A DNA stretch of 64,000 bases from Ignavibacteriota bacterium (GTDB lineage Bacteria; Bacteroidota; Ignavibacteria; UBA10030; CAVZMI01), in assembly GCA_963776275.1 (NCBI GenBank), contig CAVZMI010000023.1, positions 64,001-128,000 on the forward strand. The letters are read 5' to 3'. The position numbers and the translations under genes are program-made. This document shows, piece by piece, positions 51,001 to 60,637 of the stretch (positions within the stretch are counted from its first letter, which is position 1; every line of letters begins with the position of its first letter). A model generated the notes under the pieces. It did no database searches and was not told the origin of the DNA. It saw only the letters and a list, made by a program, of their open reading frames with translations.

Positions 51001-54000
51001 ATGGGGCAGGATATGAAAAGCTCGCTGCGATCTTCTTCGAAGAACCAATCAAAGAACATATCTGAAAATATTTTCCGTGAAGCATGGGACCATTCTCTCG
51101 ACGGAATGCGGATTATCGATGTATCGGGGATCATCCTGCAGGTCAACGAGGCTTATTGCCGGCTTGTTGGGAAGAATCGGAAAGAACTGGAAGGGAAATC
51201 ATTTTCTGTTGTATATGCTGAACGGCATCAGGCGGCAATGATAGAAAGACAGCGGAACCTTTTTTCGAATCATCTCAATGAGTCATTATTTGAACGTGAA
51301 TACGAATTATGGAATGGGAAAAAAGTCTGGTACCAGGTAAACAATTCATTTCTTTATCGAAAGGGTGAACCGGATCGGCTCTTGAGTATCTTTCGGGATA
51401 TCACTGCGAAGAAAATAGCCGAAAAAGAACTTCAAGAAAGTGAAGAGCAATATCGCAAGCTGATTGAACTCATGCCATTTGCAATTGCAATTCATGCGGA
51501 AGGGAAAATAGTGTACCTCAATCCGGCCGGGGTCTTAATGTGTGGGACATCGCTTGATAAAATTATTGGAAAGCCTGTGATGGATTTTGTCCATCCGGAC
51601 TATCGTGCAATTGTCGCGAAAAGGATAAAAGCAGGAATCGAAAAAGGGGAAATGGCAATGACGATGGAAGAGAAGTTCCTGCGTCCGGATGGTTCCGCAT
51701 TTGATGTTGAAGCGACCGCAATACCATTCATATACAATGGGAAACCGGCGATGCAGGTTTTTTTTCAGGATGTTACCCGTCGCAAAGAGACCGAAAGAAT
51801 CATGCGACTTTCACAATTCTCGATAGAACGGGCGCGCGATGCCGTTTTCTGGCTCAACCACGACAGACGGATCGTTTATGCGAATGAAGCTGCGAGTCGA
51901 TCTCTTGGTTATTCCCGCGAGGAGCTATTGTCGATGTCAATGTCCGATATTGACGTTGCTATGACACCCGACACATGGACGAATTTTATTCAGAATCTGA
52001 GATTACATGGATCGAAGACATTTGAATCACAACATCGGACGAAAAGCGGGCAAGTCTTCCCGGTAGAAATCATCAGTAATTATATCAATTTTGAAGGAGA
52101 AGAAGGTAGTTTTACTTTTGTTCGCGATATCACGGAGCGAAAGAAAGCCGAAGAAGCGTTGCGGGAGAGCGAGAGGAATTATCGGGAAATATTCAACGCC
52201 GTAAATGAAGCAATCTTCATTCTCGATGGAAAAACGACGAAAATTATCGACGTGAATGAAAGAGTGCTCGAGATGTTTGGCTATTCCCGTGAAGATGTCA
52301 TGAATAGTACAATCGCCGACCTGAGTGTCGGGGAAACACCCTATCGTATGGAGAATGCCGCTGAATGGATCTGCAAAACCAAGAGTGAAGGGCCTCAGGT
52401 ATTCGAATGGAAAACAGTAAAAAAGGGTGGGGAAAAATTCTGGGTCGAGATGGCATTGCGACATTCGACAATTGGCGATCAGGAGCGCGTAATAGCAGTT
52501 GTCCGGAATATCACCGATAGAAAAAAAGCAGAGGAGGCGTTGCGTGAAAGCGAATTCCGTCTGAAACGAGCTCAGGCAATAGCTCATGTGGGAAACTGGG
52601 AGCTTGACCTTGCAACACAGAACATATGGGCTTCCAAGGAAGCATTTCAGATTTATGGAATTGAACAACTGAATTCCGAGATTCCCTTTGATGTCTTCCA
52701 ACGACGTACACTACTGGATGATCAGCCGCGGATGGAGGATGCACTCCAGCGGCTTCTGCTCGAAAATCGGCGGTATGACGAAGAGTTTCAAATCCGGCGG
52801 GATGATGACGGGCAGATTCGATACGTCCACTCTCGTGCAGAGGTCGTTCGCGATTCGAGCGGTAATCCTCTTAAAGTTGCCGGAGTCATCCAGGATATTA
52901 CAGAACAAAAGGAAGCCGTAGAGTTATTGCGTGACCGTGAACAGGATCTTCAGGAAAGCGAACAGCGGTATCGAGCACTCGTCGAAACATCGCCCGATGC
53001 AATTCTCCTCACAGATTTGCGGGGTCGTATCCTTGCAGGAAATCATCGTGTTGCTAAAATGCATGGATTTAAAAATTTTGAAGAAATTCTTCAGGGTAGT
53101 CTGAGTATATTTGATCTTCTCGATCCTGATGAACTACCGCGGGCAAGAGAATTTCTAGCCAAGCTTCTCGAGGAGGGATCTATCCGCGAAGTGGAATTCG
53201 AGGCCCGAAGAAAAGATCATACAACATTCCCGATGGATTTGAGTGCCTCGGTCATTCCTGATGAGGATGGAGAACCCAAAGCTTTGGTCACTATTACGCG
53301 AGATATCACAGAGCGCAGACGCGCTGAAGACGCCCTTCGTCAAGCTCAAAAAATGGAGAGCATCGGACTTCTTGCCGGCGGAATCGCTCATGATTTTAAC
53401 AATCTTCTGCATGCATTAATGGGGCATGCGACAATAGCGATGATGAAACTTACTCCGGATAACCCATCCCGTACGCATATTCAGAAAGCAATGCATGCCG
53501 GAGAACGTGCGACAGAGTTGACAAAACAACTACTGGCGTATTCAGGACGTGGAAAATTTAAAATTGCTCCGGTAAATTTGAGCACGCTAATTGAAGAAAA
53601 CCTTCATCTGTTCGAAGTGGCGCTTCCAAAAAATGTCGTTCTTCGGATGAAACTCGATAAAAAACTCCCCTTTATAGAAGCAGATGCCGCGCAAATCCAG
53701 CAGGTGATTATGAATCTCATCATTAACGGGGCGGAAGCTATCGGGAATACTAACGGGGAAGTGGCTGTACATTCGGGCATAGTCGATATTCAATCGACAG
53801 ATACATACTGGTGGAAGTATACCGGAGAACCGCTGCAGCCGGGCGCATATACGTGCCTGGAAATCCATGATACCGGCTGTGGAATGGAAGAGGAAATCAT
53901 AGATCGGATATTCGAACCATTCTACACAACGAAATTTACCGGACGGGGACTCGGACTGGCCGCCGTGTTGGGAATTATTAAAGGGCATAAGGGCGGATTG

Positions 54001-54498
54001 TGTGTCAAGAGTCAACCCGGGAAAGGAACCACTTTTCGTCTTGCGTTCCCGGTCACGACCGAGGTCATTGAACAAACAACGACTGCGGTTGACATCATTA
54101 CAACCGTCAAATCAGATAAAGCAATTCTTGTTATTGATGATGAAGAGATAATCCTTGACCTCGTTGTAGATATACTGACATATGCCGGGTTGAAGGTTAT
54201 TACGGCCAATAATGGCGAGGAAGGAATAATGATCTATAAAAATCGCTGCAATGAAATAGCGATGGTTCTTCTTGACCTTTCTATGCCTGTTATGGGTGGA
54301 GAAGAGACACTGCGGCAGCTTGTTGCAATTAATCCGAATGTTCGGGTAATTCTTTCCTCCGGCTATACGGAGGAAGAAGTGGCATTAAGATTCCAGGGGG
54401 TCCGAGCAGCGGATTTCATACAAAAACCGTATCAGCCGAATTTGCTCCTTCGAAAAATTCACGATGTGATCGGTGAAAGCGGTGATTCAAGTCGATAA
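51001..54498 (+). CDS. Cytoplasmic multi-PAS hybrid sensor histidine kinase with receiver domain
   Basis: About six PAS/PAC units, AGGIAHDFNNLL, NLIING.EA, DTGCGM, GRGLGL, REC (LVIDDE, LLDLSMP, FIQKP). Confidence 0.95.
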   Translation: MGQDMKSSLRSSSKNQSKNISENIFREAWDHSLDGMRIIDVSGIILQVNEAYCRLVGKNRKELEGKSFSVVYAERHQAAMIERQRNLFSNHLNESLFEREYELWNGKKVWYQVNNSFLYRKGEPDRLLSIFRDITAKKIAEKELQESEEQYRKLIELMPFAIAIHAEGKIVYLNPAGVLMCGTSLDKIIGKPVMDFVHPDYRAIVAKRIKAGIEKGEMAMTMEEKFLRPDGSAFDVEATAIPFIYNGKPAMQVFFQDVTRRKETERIMRLSQFSIERARDAVFWLNHDRRIVYANEAASRSLGYSREELLSMSMSDIDVAMTPDTWTNFIQNLRLHGSKTFESQHRTKSGQVFPVEIISNYINFEGEEGSFTFVRDITERKKAEEALRESERNYREIFNAVNEAIFILDGKTTKIIDVNERVLEMFGYSREDVMNSTIADLSVGETPYRMENAAEWICKTKSEGPQVFEWKTVKKGGEKFWVEMALRHSTIGDQERVIAVVRNITDRKKAEEALRESEFRLKRAQAIAHVGNWELDLATQNIWASKEAFQIYGIEQLNSEIPFDVFQRRTLLDDQPRMEDALQRLLLENRRYDEEFQIRRDDDGQIRYVHSRAEVVRDSSGNPLKVAGVIQDITEQKEAVELLRDREQDLQESEQRYRALVETSPDAILLTDLRGRILAGNHRVAKMHGFKNFEEILQGSLSIFDLLDPDELPRAREFLAKLLEEGSIREVEFEARRKDHTTFPMDLSASVIPDEDGEPKALVTITRDITERRRAEDALRQAQKMESIGLLAGGIAHDFNNLLHALMGHATIAMMKLTPDNPSRTHIQKAMHAGERATELTKQLLAYSGRGKFKIAPVNLSTLIEENLHLFEVALPKNVVLRMKLDKKLPFIEADAAQIQQVIMNLIINGAEAIGNTNGEVAVHSGIVDIQSTDTYWWKYTGEPLQPGAYTCLEIHDTGCGMEEEIIDRIFEPFYTTKFTGRGLGLAAVLGIIKGHKGGLCVKSQPGKGTTFRLAFPVTTEVIEQTTTAVDIITTVKSDKAILVIDDEEIILDLVVDILTYAGLKVITANNGEEGIMIYKNRCNEIAMVLLDLSMPVMGGEETLRQLVAINPNVRVILSSGYTEEEVALRFQGVRAADFIQKPYQPNLLLRKIHDVIGESGDSSR

Positions 54499-54594
54499 TA
54501 AGATTTTTCTGTGTATTAATTAAGTTGATAATTAAACATAAAATTTGTAAATTCAACATTCAATTTTGATTATGTCACAATATGCAATTTTTCT

Positions 54595-56655
54595 ATGGAA
54601 TCGGCTGGTTCTGGCAATAGTGATGAAACATCAAATCCCCCAAATACTCAATCAGACCTCTCAGACAAACAATCGAAATCTGAACGCCTAAGACACATTA
54701 TTGTCGGCGCTCCCCGTAATATCAACGACCCAAATGTATTTCATCGTATTTCTCTTATTGCATTCCTTGCGTGGATTGGACTCGGAGCCGACGGTCTTTC
54801 CTCTTCATCTTATGGACCCGACGAAGCATTTCGTGCTATCGGAGGCCATCCTTATTTAGCAGTAGGGCTGGCTCTTGCTACGTTCTTAACGGTATTCATC
54901 ATTTCATACGCGTATTCAAGGATCATCGAGCATTTTCCATCCGGGGGTGGCGGCTACGTCGTGGCTAGTAAATTACTCGGTTCGAAGTTTGGAGTCGTGT
55001 CGGGTTCAGCACTCTTGGTGGATTATGTTTTGACAATTGCTGTTTCTGTCTCAAGCGGTCTCGATCAGTTATTCAGCGTTCTGCCGTATGAATATTCTCA
55101 TTACAAAATGATGGCCGTTGCATTGGTTATATGTATTCTCATGGTGTTAAATCTCCGCGGTGTGAAGGAGTCCGTCACGATCCTCATGCCTATCTTTTTG
55201 GTATTTCTGGTGACACATATTATACTTATTGCTGGTGGTGTCGGATCGCATCTCTTCGAAGCCAACAGAATCGTCAATGATGTACGACATGGATTTATGA
55301 CCGATTACACAGCAATCGGTCTGGTCGGGATATTTGCAATTTTTATTCGTGGATATTCGATGGGTGCTGGAACCTACACCGGTATTGAAGCGGTGTCAAA
55401 CGGAATACAGATTATGCGTGAACCAAAGGTCGAAACAGGAAAGCGGACAATGCTCTATATTGCGGTTTCGCTGGCAACCACAGCAGGCGGTATTTTTCTC
55501 TGTTATCTATTCTTTAATGTAACGCCCGAAACCGGAAAAACAATGAATGCGGTTCTCCTCGAGCGGTTTGCAGGGAGCTGGAATCTTGGTACGATTCCTG
55601 TCGGATATATCTTCGTCATTATCACATTGGGTTCAGAAGCTGCCCTGCTCTTCGTTGCAGCACAAACCGGATTCATAGATGGACCTCGTATTATGGCGAA
55701 CATGTCCATCGATTCCTGGCTCCCACACCGGTTTGGCTCGCTCTCTGATCGATTGACAATGCAAAATGGCGTTATTCTGATGTCCGGAGCGGCTGTTTTA
55801 ACGCTTTTTCTCACGGGCGGACACACCAGTACCCTTATCCTCATGTACTCGATCAACGTTTTTCTAACGTTCTCACTCTCCGAGACGGGAATGGTCCGAT
55901 ATTGGATTCAAAACCGGAATAAATACGACGATTGGTGGAAGCACATTACTATTCATTTGATCGGCCTTGTTCTCTGCTTGTCGATTCTGATTGTTAATCT
56001 CTTCGAGAAATTCGCTGAAGGAGGCTGGGTCACGCTCGTCGTTACGGCCGTTTTAATCAGCGTCTGTTTTATCATCAAACATCATTACGGTAAGGTTCGC
56101 TCTCATCTCGGTCGACTCGATGAGATACTTCAGGACCTGCCGGGGCTGGAGGAAGGCACACACAAGCCGCTCAATCCAAAAAATCCTACAGCAGTCCTTC
56201 TTGTCGGCAGCTACGGAGGATTGGGTATACACTCGTTTCTCTCAATTCATCGACTCTTTCCAAATCATTTTAAGAATTTTATTTTTATGTCCGTTAGCGT
56301 TGTAGATGCGGGAACGCTCAAGGGAGCCGATGAATTAGAGAGAGGGCGTGAAGAGACCGAGCATTCGTTGAAGCGTTATGTCGCTCTCGCCCAAAAGTTC
56401 GGATACGCTGCAGATTATCGGTTGGATGTGGGTATCGAAGTCCTCGAAGTTGCCGAAAAACTCTGTATCGAAATTGTACGGGAATATCCACGTGCAATAT
56501 TCTATACCGGCAAACTCGTATTTCAGAGAGAACGCTGGTATCAGAGGCTTCTCCATAATGAAACAGCAAATCAACTTCAACGGCGACTTCAATTTGCAGG
56601 TATCAATACAATGGTATTGCCGGTGAAGGTTTTCGATCCTACCATCTCTCCATAA
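54595..56655 (+). CDS. APC family permease, KimA/YdaO-like (possible K+ transporter)
   Basis: GADGLSSSSYGPDE, GGGGYVVA, LLVDYVLTIAVS, TGIEAVSNG, C-terminal soluble domain. Confidence 0.85.
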   Translation: MESAGSGNSDETSNPPNTQSDLSDKQSKSERLRHIIVGAPRNINDPNVFHRISLIAFLAWIGLGADGLSSSSYGPDEAFRAIGGHPYLAVGLALATFLTVFIISYAYSRIIEHFPSGGGGYVVASKLLGSKFGVVSGSALLVDYVLTIAVSVSSGLDQLFSVLPYEYSHYKMMAVALVICILMVLNLRGVKESVTILMPIFLVFLVTHIILIAGGVGSHLFEANRIVNDVRHGFMTDYTAIGLVGIFAIFIRGYSMGAGTYTGIEAVSNGIQIMREPKVETGKRTMLYIAVSLATTAGGIFLCYLFFNVTPETGKTMNAVLLERFAGSWNLGTIPVGYIFVIITLGSEAALLFVAAQTGFIDGPRIMANMSIDSWLPHRFGSLSDRLTMQNGVILMSGAAVLTLFLTGGHTSTLILMYSINVFLTFSLSETGMVRYWIQNRNKYDDWWKHITIHLIGLVLCLSILIVNLFEKFAEGGWVTLVVTAVLISVCFIIKHHYGKVRSHLGRLDEILQDLPGLEEGTHKPLNPKNPTAVLLVGSYGGLGIHSFLSIHRLFPNHFKNFIFMSVSVVDAGTLKGADELERGREETEHSLKRYVALAQKFGYAADYRLDVGIEVLEVAEKLCIEIVREYPRAIFYTGKLVFQRERWYQRLLHNETANQLQRRLQFAGINTMVLPVKVFDPTISP

Positions 56656-56789
56656 ATACGGGATTAGTTTATAAAGCCGGGGATGTAGTCCCAATCCAAC
56701 ATAACTTACCGAATGAGGTTAGTGGGAAATATTTTCCCTTTCGTTTTTTAAACAGGTACTTTTAGGACGACAATAGAGAAATAAAGAAT

Positions 56790-56818
56790 TTGCCTTAAAA
56801 ATTATAAATTTGTATATT
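56790..56818 (+). promoter_or_regulatory. Sigma70-type promoter for the tRNA locus
   Basis: TTGCCT-17 bp-TATATT. Confidence 0.6.
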
Positions 56819-56833
56819 TTATCGAGTTCATTC

Positions 56834-57047
56834 GGGCGCTTAGTCCCAATCCGACATACTTTACCGAAGGTAAAGTATAGGTCGGATTGAGGCCCCGACT
56901 TTTTTTAGTCGGGGCTCAATCATTGCCCGAAATGTCGAAAAAGCATTTATTTGGGCGCTTAGCTCAGTCCCGTCCCGACATACTTTACTGAAGGTAAAGT
57001 ATGTCGGGACGAGGATCCCGCCCACCGAAGGTGGGGCGGGACTGGTT
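56834..57047 (+). pseudogene. Two tRNA-Val 5' fragments interrupted by palindromic insertions
   Basis: gggcgcttag[56844-56914]ctcaa and gggcgcttagctcag[56968-57041]ctggtt match the first ~21 nt of the intact tRNA. Confidence 0.75.
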
Positions 57048-57093
57048 GGCAATCGATACAATTAATACAGTTCAGCAATTTGGAATGCTTTTT

Positions 57094-57168
57094 GGGCGCT
57101 TAGCTCAGCTGGTTCAGAGCGTACGCCTCACACGCGTAAGGTCGCCGGTTCGATCCCAGCAGCGCCCA
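57094..57168 (+). tRNA. tRNA-Val (CAC)
   Basis: Acceptor stem GGGCGCT/AGCGCCC, D arm gctc..gagc, anticodon stem TACGC/GCGTA with loop CT-CAC-AC, T loop TTCGATC (one C-A mismatch in the T stem); CCA not encoded. Confidence 0.93.
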
Positions 57169-57870
57169 CTTGTAAATGGTGAATTGTGAGTTGTGAATAG
57201 TGAATGGTTTTGGCTATTTCGATAGCCAGGTGGCCGAGCCTGTGGTGCCCTAAAGGACGACTTCGTCGAGCGAACCCTGAACGTAGTGAAGGGTGAGTCG
57301 AACCACTTGTGGTGAGCTTGTCGAACCATTCTTAACAGCCACCCTTCGATCCGCCTCCGGCGGACTCAGGGCAAGCCCTTCGATGAACTCAGGGCTAGTA
57401 TCGAGGCCACTTGTAAATGGTGAATTGTGAGTTGTGAATAGTGAATGGTTTTGGCTATTTCGATAGCCAGGTGGCCGAGTTAAATTGCCATACAAACAGC
57501 CATATCGAGGCCACTTGTAAATGGTGAATTGTGAGTTGTGAGTGGTGAATGGTTTTGGCTATTTCGATAGCCAGGTGGCCGAGCCTGTGGTGCCCTAAAG
57601 GACGACTTCGTCGAGCGAACCCTGAACGTAGTGAAGGGTGAGTCGAACCACTTGTGGTGAGCTTGTCGAACCATTCTTAACAGCCACCCTTCGATCCGCC
57701 TCCGGCGGACTCAGGGCCAGCCCTTCGATCCGCCTCCGGCGGACTCAGGGCCAGCCCTTCGATCCGCCTCCGGCGGACTCAGGGCCAGCCCTTCGATCCG
57801 CCTCCGGCGGACTCAGGGCTAGTATCGAGGCCACTTGTAAATGGTGAATTGTGAGTTGTGAATGGTGAAT
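57166..57870 (+). repeat. Array of 73-bp direct repeats (57166, 57407, 57511, partial 57831) separated by nested REP-like palindromes; includes 4 x 34-bp tandem at 57687-57820
   Basis: Unit ccacttgtaaatggtgaattgtgagttgtgaatagtgaatggttttggctatttcgatagccaggtggccgag; tandem cccttcgatccgcctccggcggactcagggccag. Confidence 0.9.
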
Positions 57871-57964
57871 GATAAATTTGCTATTCACTTTTCTATGTAC
57901 GTCTTCAGACTAAATCAGACCATTTAGGCAAGATATTAATAAACACCTATCAATAGTTCCGCCA

Positions 57965-58095
57965 TGCGACAGCTCTCGTTCGGGCTGCCGTTTGATTATT
58001 AATAAATTATTTCTTACCATTCAGTTGTACCTACAAGAAATATCCGACCAAAATGCTGCAATAAAATTATAGATCGACACGCAATTTCAATCAAT
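57965..58095 (+). repeat. Dispersed ~130-bp intergenic module, copy A (hairpin + AT-rich region)
   Basis: Aligns with 63500-63630: tgcg.cagctc..gtt.gggctgccgtttgattatta...atccgac...aatcaa. Confidence 0.7.
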
Positions 58096-58283
58096 AGCCT
58101 CTGAAGGATTTAGTACACATTATTTGTGAAATCCAAGGGCGTTGTATACGGATAAAAAACAAGAGCACCGTATGGTATGAGGATCAGTATAATTATATTT
58201 GGGCGGCCCAAACCTCATGATGTATTTCGCCCGCCCATGGAAGAAGATTGAATAATCTACGAGTCTTACATTAGGAGGATACC

Positions 58284-59558
58284 ATGCCAGTAGTATTGCG
58301 GTTTCTCGGGGCAGTATTGGGCGCAATAGTGACGCTGTTTTTTGTTGGGCTGATGACGCCGTTGCTTGTATTGGCGACTCCTTTTTTAAATGCCATCCTT
58401 TTCCCGTTTATCTCAGGGTCGTTGGTTTTGATCTTTTTCAGCTACATCTTCACGTATGCCCTCAGGATTTCAGGTGAGGCTGATCAACCTTGGAGTCAGT
58501 CTGCGCAGATCTATGAAATTGTTTATCTGATAGTATGCACTTGCATCATTCTCCTTACAGTGAGATATATTATCATGGGTCTTCTGTTGAGTGGTTTATC
58601 CACCCTGTTCATCGTCACAATTTTTATATTAATCGGTGCATTAGCATCAATCTTATTCATCGCTCTATATGCGATACCGGTCCTTCTGGGATATATCTTC
58701 GCGGCAATTTTTGCACCCGTTCATGGGGGAATTGAGGATTCGAGGGAATGTTTCTGGCGCGGCGCGTTAATAGGGGGGAATACGGTAATGAATGTTGTGC
58801 TTAGTCTTATTTTCTATGGCTGGCTATTCTCGCCCTACTTAAATAATCCAGTCTCGTTTATAGCAGGAATACCTGCTGTTGTTATAGTGGCCGCAGGAAT
58901 ATTTATCATAATACTCGCGAACTGTCTGACATTGATCCCATCGACGCAGTTTTACCTTCCGGCATCGATCAGAGGTAATGTGCAGGACTTTGTCAAGGCG
59001 TATGCCGGATATGTGTCCTGGTTAATGCCGATGTCATGGGGATACTGTATATTGGGTTGTATACTCTTCTATTTCAGTTGGATCGGTCACCTGATAGCAA
59101 TAATAGTATTAAACAATAGTAACGCAAATTGGTTAATTACTGCTGTACAATATTGGGGAATATCTCGTTTGCTAATAGATCCCCAAACCGGCACGATGGT
59201 CACGGAGAACGGCGGTTGCAGTAATTTTTCATCCCCTGGTTCACCATCTTACCCTTACAGTTGCGGTTGTTTCGCCTTTATTCCAGACAATTTCTCGAGT
59301 CGGTGCTATATAGACAATGCGATACCCCGGCAGCACGAATCCGGTCATGCCCTGAACCTGGCTGCCTTTGGTTCGGTCTATAACATGATTAACGCAATCA
59401 ATGAAGAAGGATTGGATATATTGGGGATTCACGGTTTAGGGCAAAACATTCATGCATACGGCGACCGCACGGCACAAAGTAATGTAGATGACGACTTAAT
59501 CCTAAATGCTTGGGACCCACAAAATAAACACCACCCGGAGGTAGAGATATGGCGATAA
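58284..59558 (+). CDS. Hypothetical polytopic membrane protein with a C-terminal HExxH motif
   Basis: RBS aggagg; many TM segments; QHESGHALNLAAFG. Confidence 0.7.
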   Translation: MPVVLRFLGAVLGAIVTLFFVGLMTPLLVLATPFLNAILFPFISGSLVLIFFSYIFTYALRISGEADQPWSQSAQIYEIVYLIVCTCIILLTVRYIIMGLLLSGLSTLFIVTIFILIGALASILFIALYAIPVLLGYIFAAIFAPVHGGIEDSRECFWRGALIGGNTVMNVVLSLIFYGWLFSPYLNNPVSFIAGIPAVVIVAAGIFIIILANCLTLIPSTQFYLPASIRGNVQDFVKAYAGYVSWLMPMSWGYCILGCILFYFSWIGHLIAIIVLNNSNANWLITAVQYWGISRLLIDPQTGTMVTENGGCSNFSSPGSPSYPYSCGCFAFIPDNFSSRCYIDNAIPRQHESGHALNLAAFGSVYNMINAINEEGLDILGIHGLGQNIHAYGDRTAQSNVDDDLILNAWDPQNKHHPEVEIWR

Positions 59559-60328
59559 CAGATGATCTTAAGCAAGACAAGAGTACAGGCGCACGTAAAG
59601 GCGGCCTGTCCACACTACTAGTGATCGCAGCTGCGATCTTTTTCGGACTGATCATCGTGGCGGCTGTGCTCATGCTGCTGCGGCAGGGCAACCCGACCCT
59701 ATTAAATCAGCAGACGATATTTGCACTCCCTGCACTTCCGTCGTTCAACGGTGGAACATTGTTACTCGTGCTCTTGACGATGATCCTTCTCGTTTTCGTG
59801 GGCATCTTTACTTTGCTTCTAATGCTGGTAATTTGTGTTTGCGGCTGCGGCTGCGGGAAGAGACTCCTGGAAATCCTCAAGAAGTTAGGGCTACTTCTAC
59901 CTGACTTGCCTAAGGGTCTGCGAGCGGCCGCGCTTGGGTTCGATGTTGCCGCCCAGGCTGCTCACATTTCCGCGGAATGTCTTGCCGCTATTGGAAACAA
60001 TCTGAGCACGGTCGTAATAAAAACTAACGAATTCCATTTTCCTATTATCCAAATGAACACCATGAAATTATGGGATGCTTTACGTGATCTTAATATCCCG
60101 GGGTTTCCCCCTATTCCACCCCCGCATTGGCATGATCCTGATGTAATTACCTTTAAGCAAGACATAGATACATATCCCTTTTCTAGCTCGGGATCGTTGT
60201 CCACGCCATTGGGTGACATCGCGACCAGAGTTAATATGGCGCGTATTCAGTCCGAGAATTTGGAAACCAAACTAGTCTTAGCAAGAGACGGTTTGAACGC
60301 AGTAGCGCATGTCTTCGATGGCCAGTAG
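59549..60328 (+). CDS. Hypothetical membrane protein with CVCGCGCG motif
   Basis: Overlaps the upstream gene; RBS ggagg; two TM helices followed by a Cys-Gly cluster. Confidence 0.65.
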   Translation: MAITDDLKQDKSTGARKGGLSTLLVIAAAIFFGLIIVAAVLMLLRQGNPTLLNQQTIFALPALPSFNGGTLLLVLLTMILLVFVGIFTLLLMLVICVCGCGCGKRLLEILKKLGLLLPDLPKGLRAAALGFDVAAQAAHISAECLAAIGNNLSTVVIKTNEFHFPIIQMNTMKLWDALRDLNIPGFPPIPPPHWHDPDVITFKQDIDTYPFSSSGSLSTPLGDIATRVNMARIQSENLETKLVLARDGLNAVAHVFDGQ

Positions 60329-60407
60329 AATAACCATTATTTCTTGCATGGTAGAGAATAAAGGTACGGGCGCGCCGTACCGGTAATAGCGCGCTAATGA
60401 GATAAAG

Positions 60408-60447
60408 AAAAAGCCCTGCATTGCTTGTTGGATGTTGGGCTTTTTTG
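60408..60447 (+). terminator. Putative bidirectional terminator
   Basis: aaaaagccc ... gggctttttt. Confidence 0.55.
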
Positions 60448-60637
60448 TAACCAGGCTAGCATTCACTCTAACAATTATATGAACGCCTCCGCCACCCATT
60501 ACGGCAGCGCTAGTTTTGGCTGCCATTGATTATTACTCAATTTTTCCGTACCATTTCCTGTACCCTTCAAAAGCTCCCGACTTCTTTTTGTGCCGGATAA
60601 GCTAATCATTGAATATTATCTAATCGAGGTATCTTTT

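Noticed and set aside
54499-54594. c-di-AMP (ydaO) riboswitch upstream of the KimA-like gene
   Set aside because: The intergenic region is short and AT-rich with none of the expected conserved elements.
56861-57847. Short ORFs across the tRNA and repeat region
   Set aside because: They are translations of the tRNA and palindromic repeats with no coding features.
57166-57870. CRISPR array
   Set aside because: Repeats are 73 bp, spacers are very unequal and built from REP palindromes, two spacers are related, and there are no cas genes in the window.
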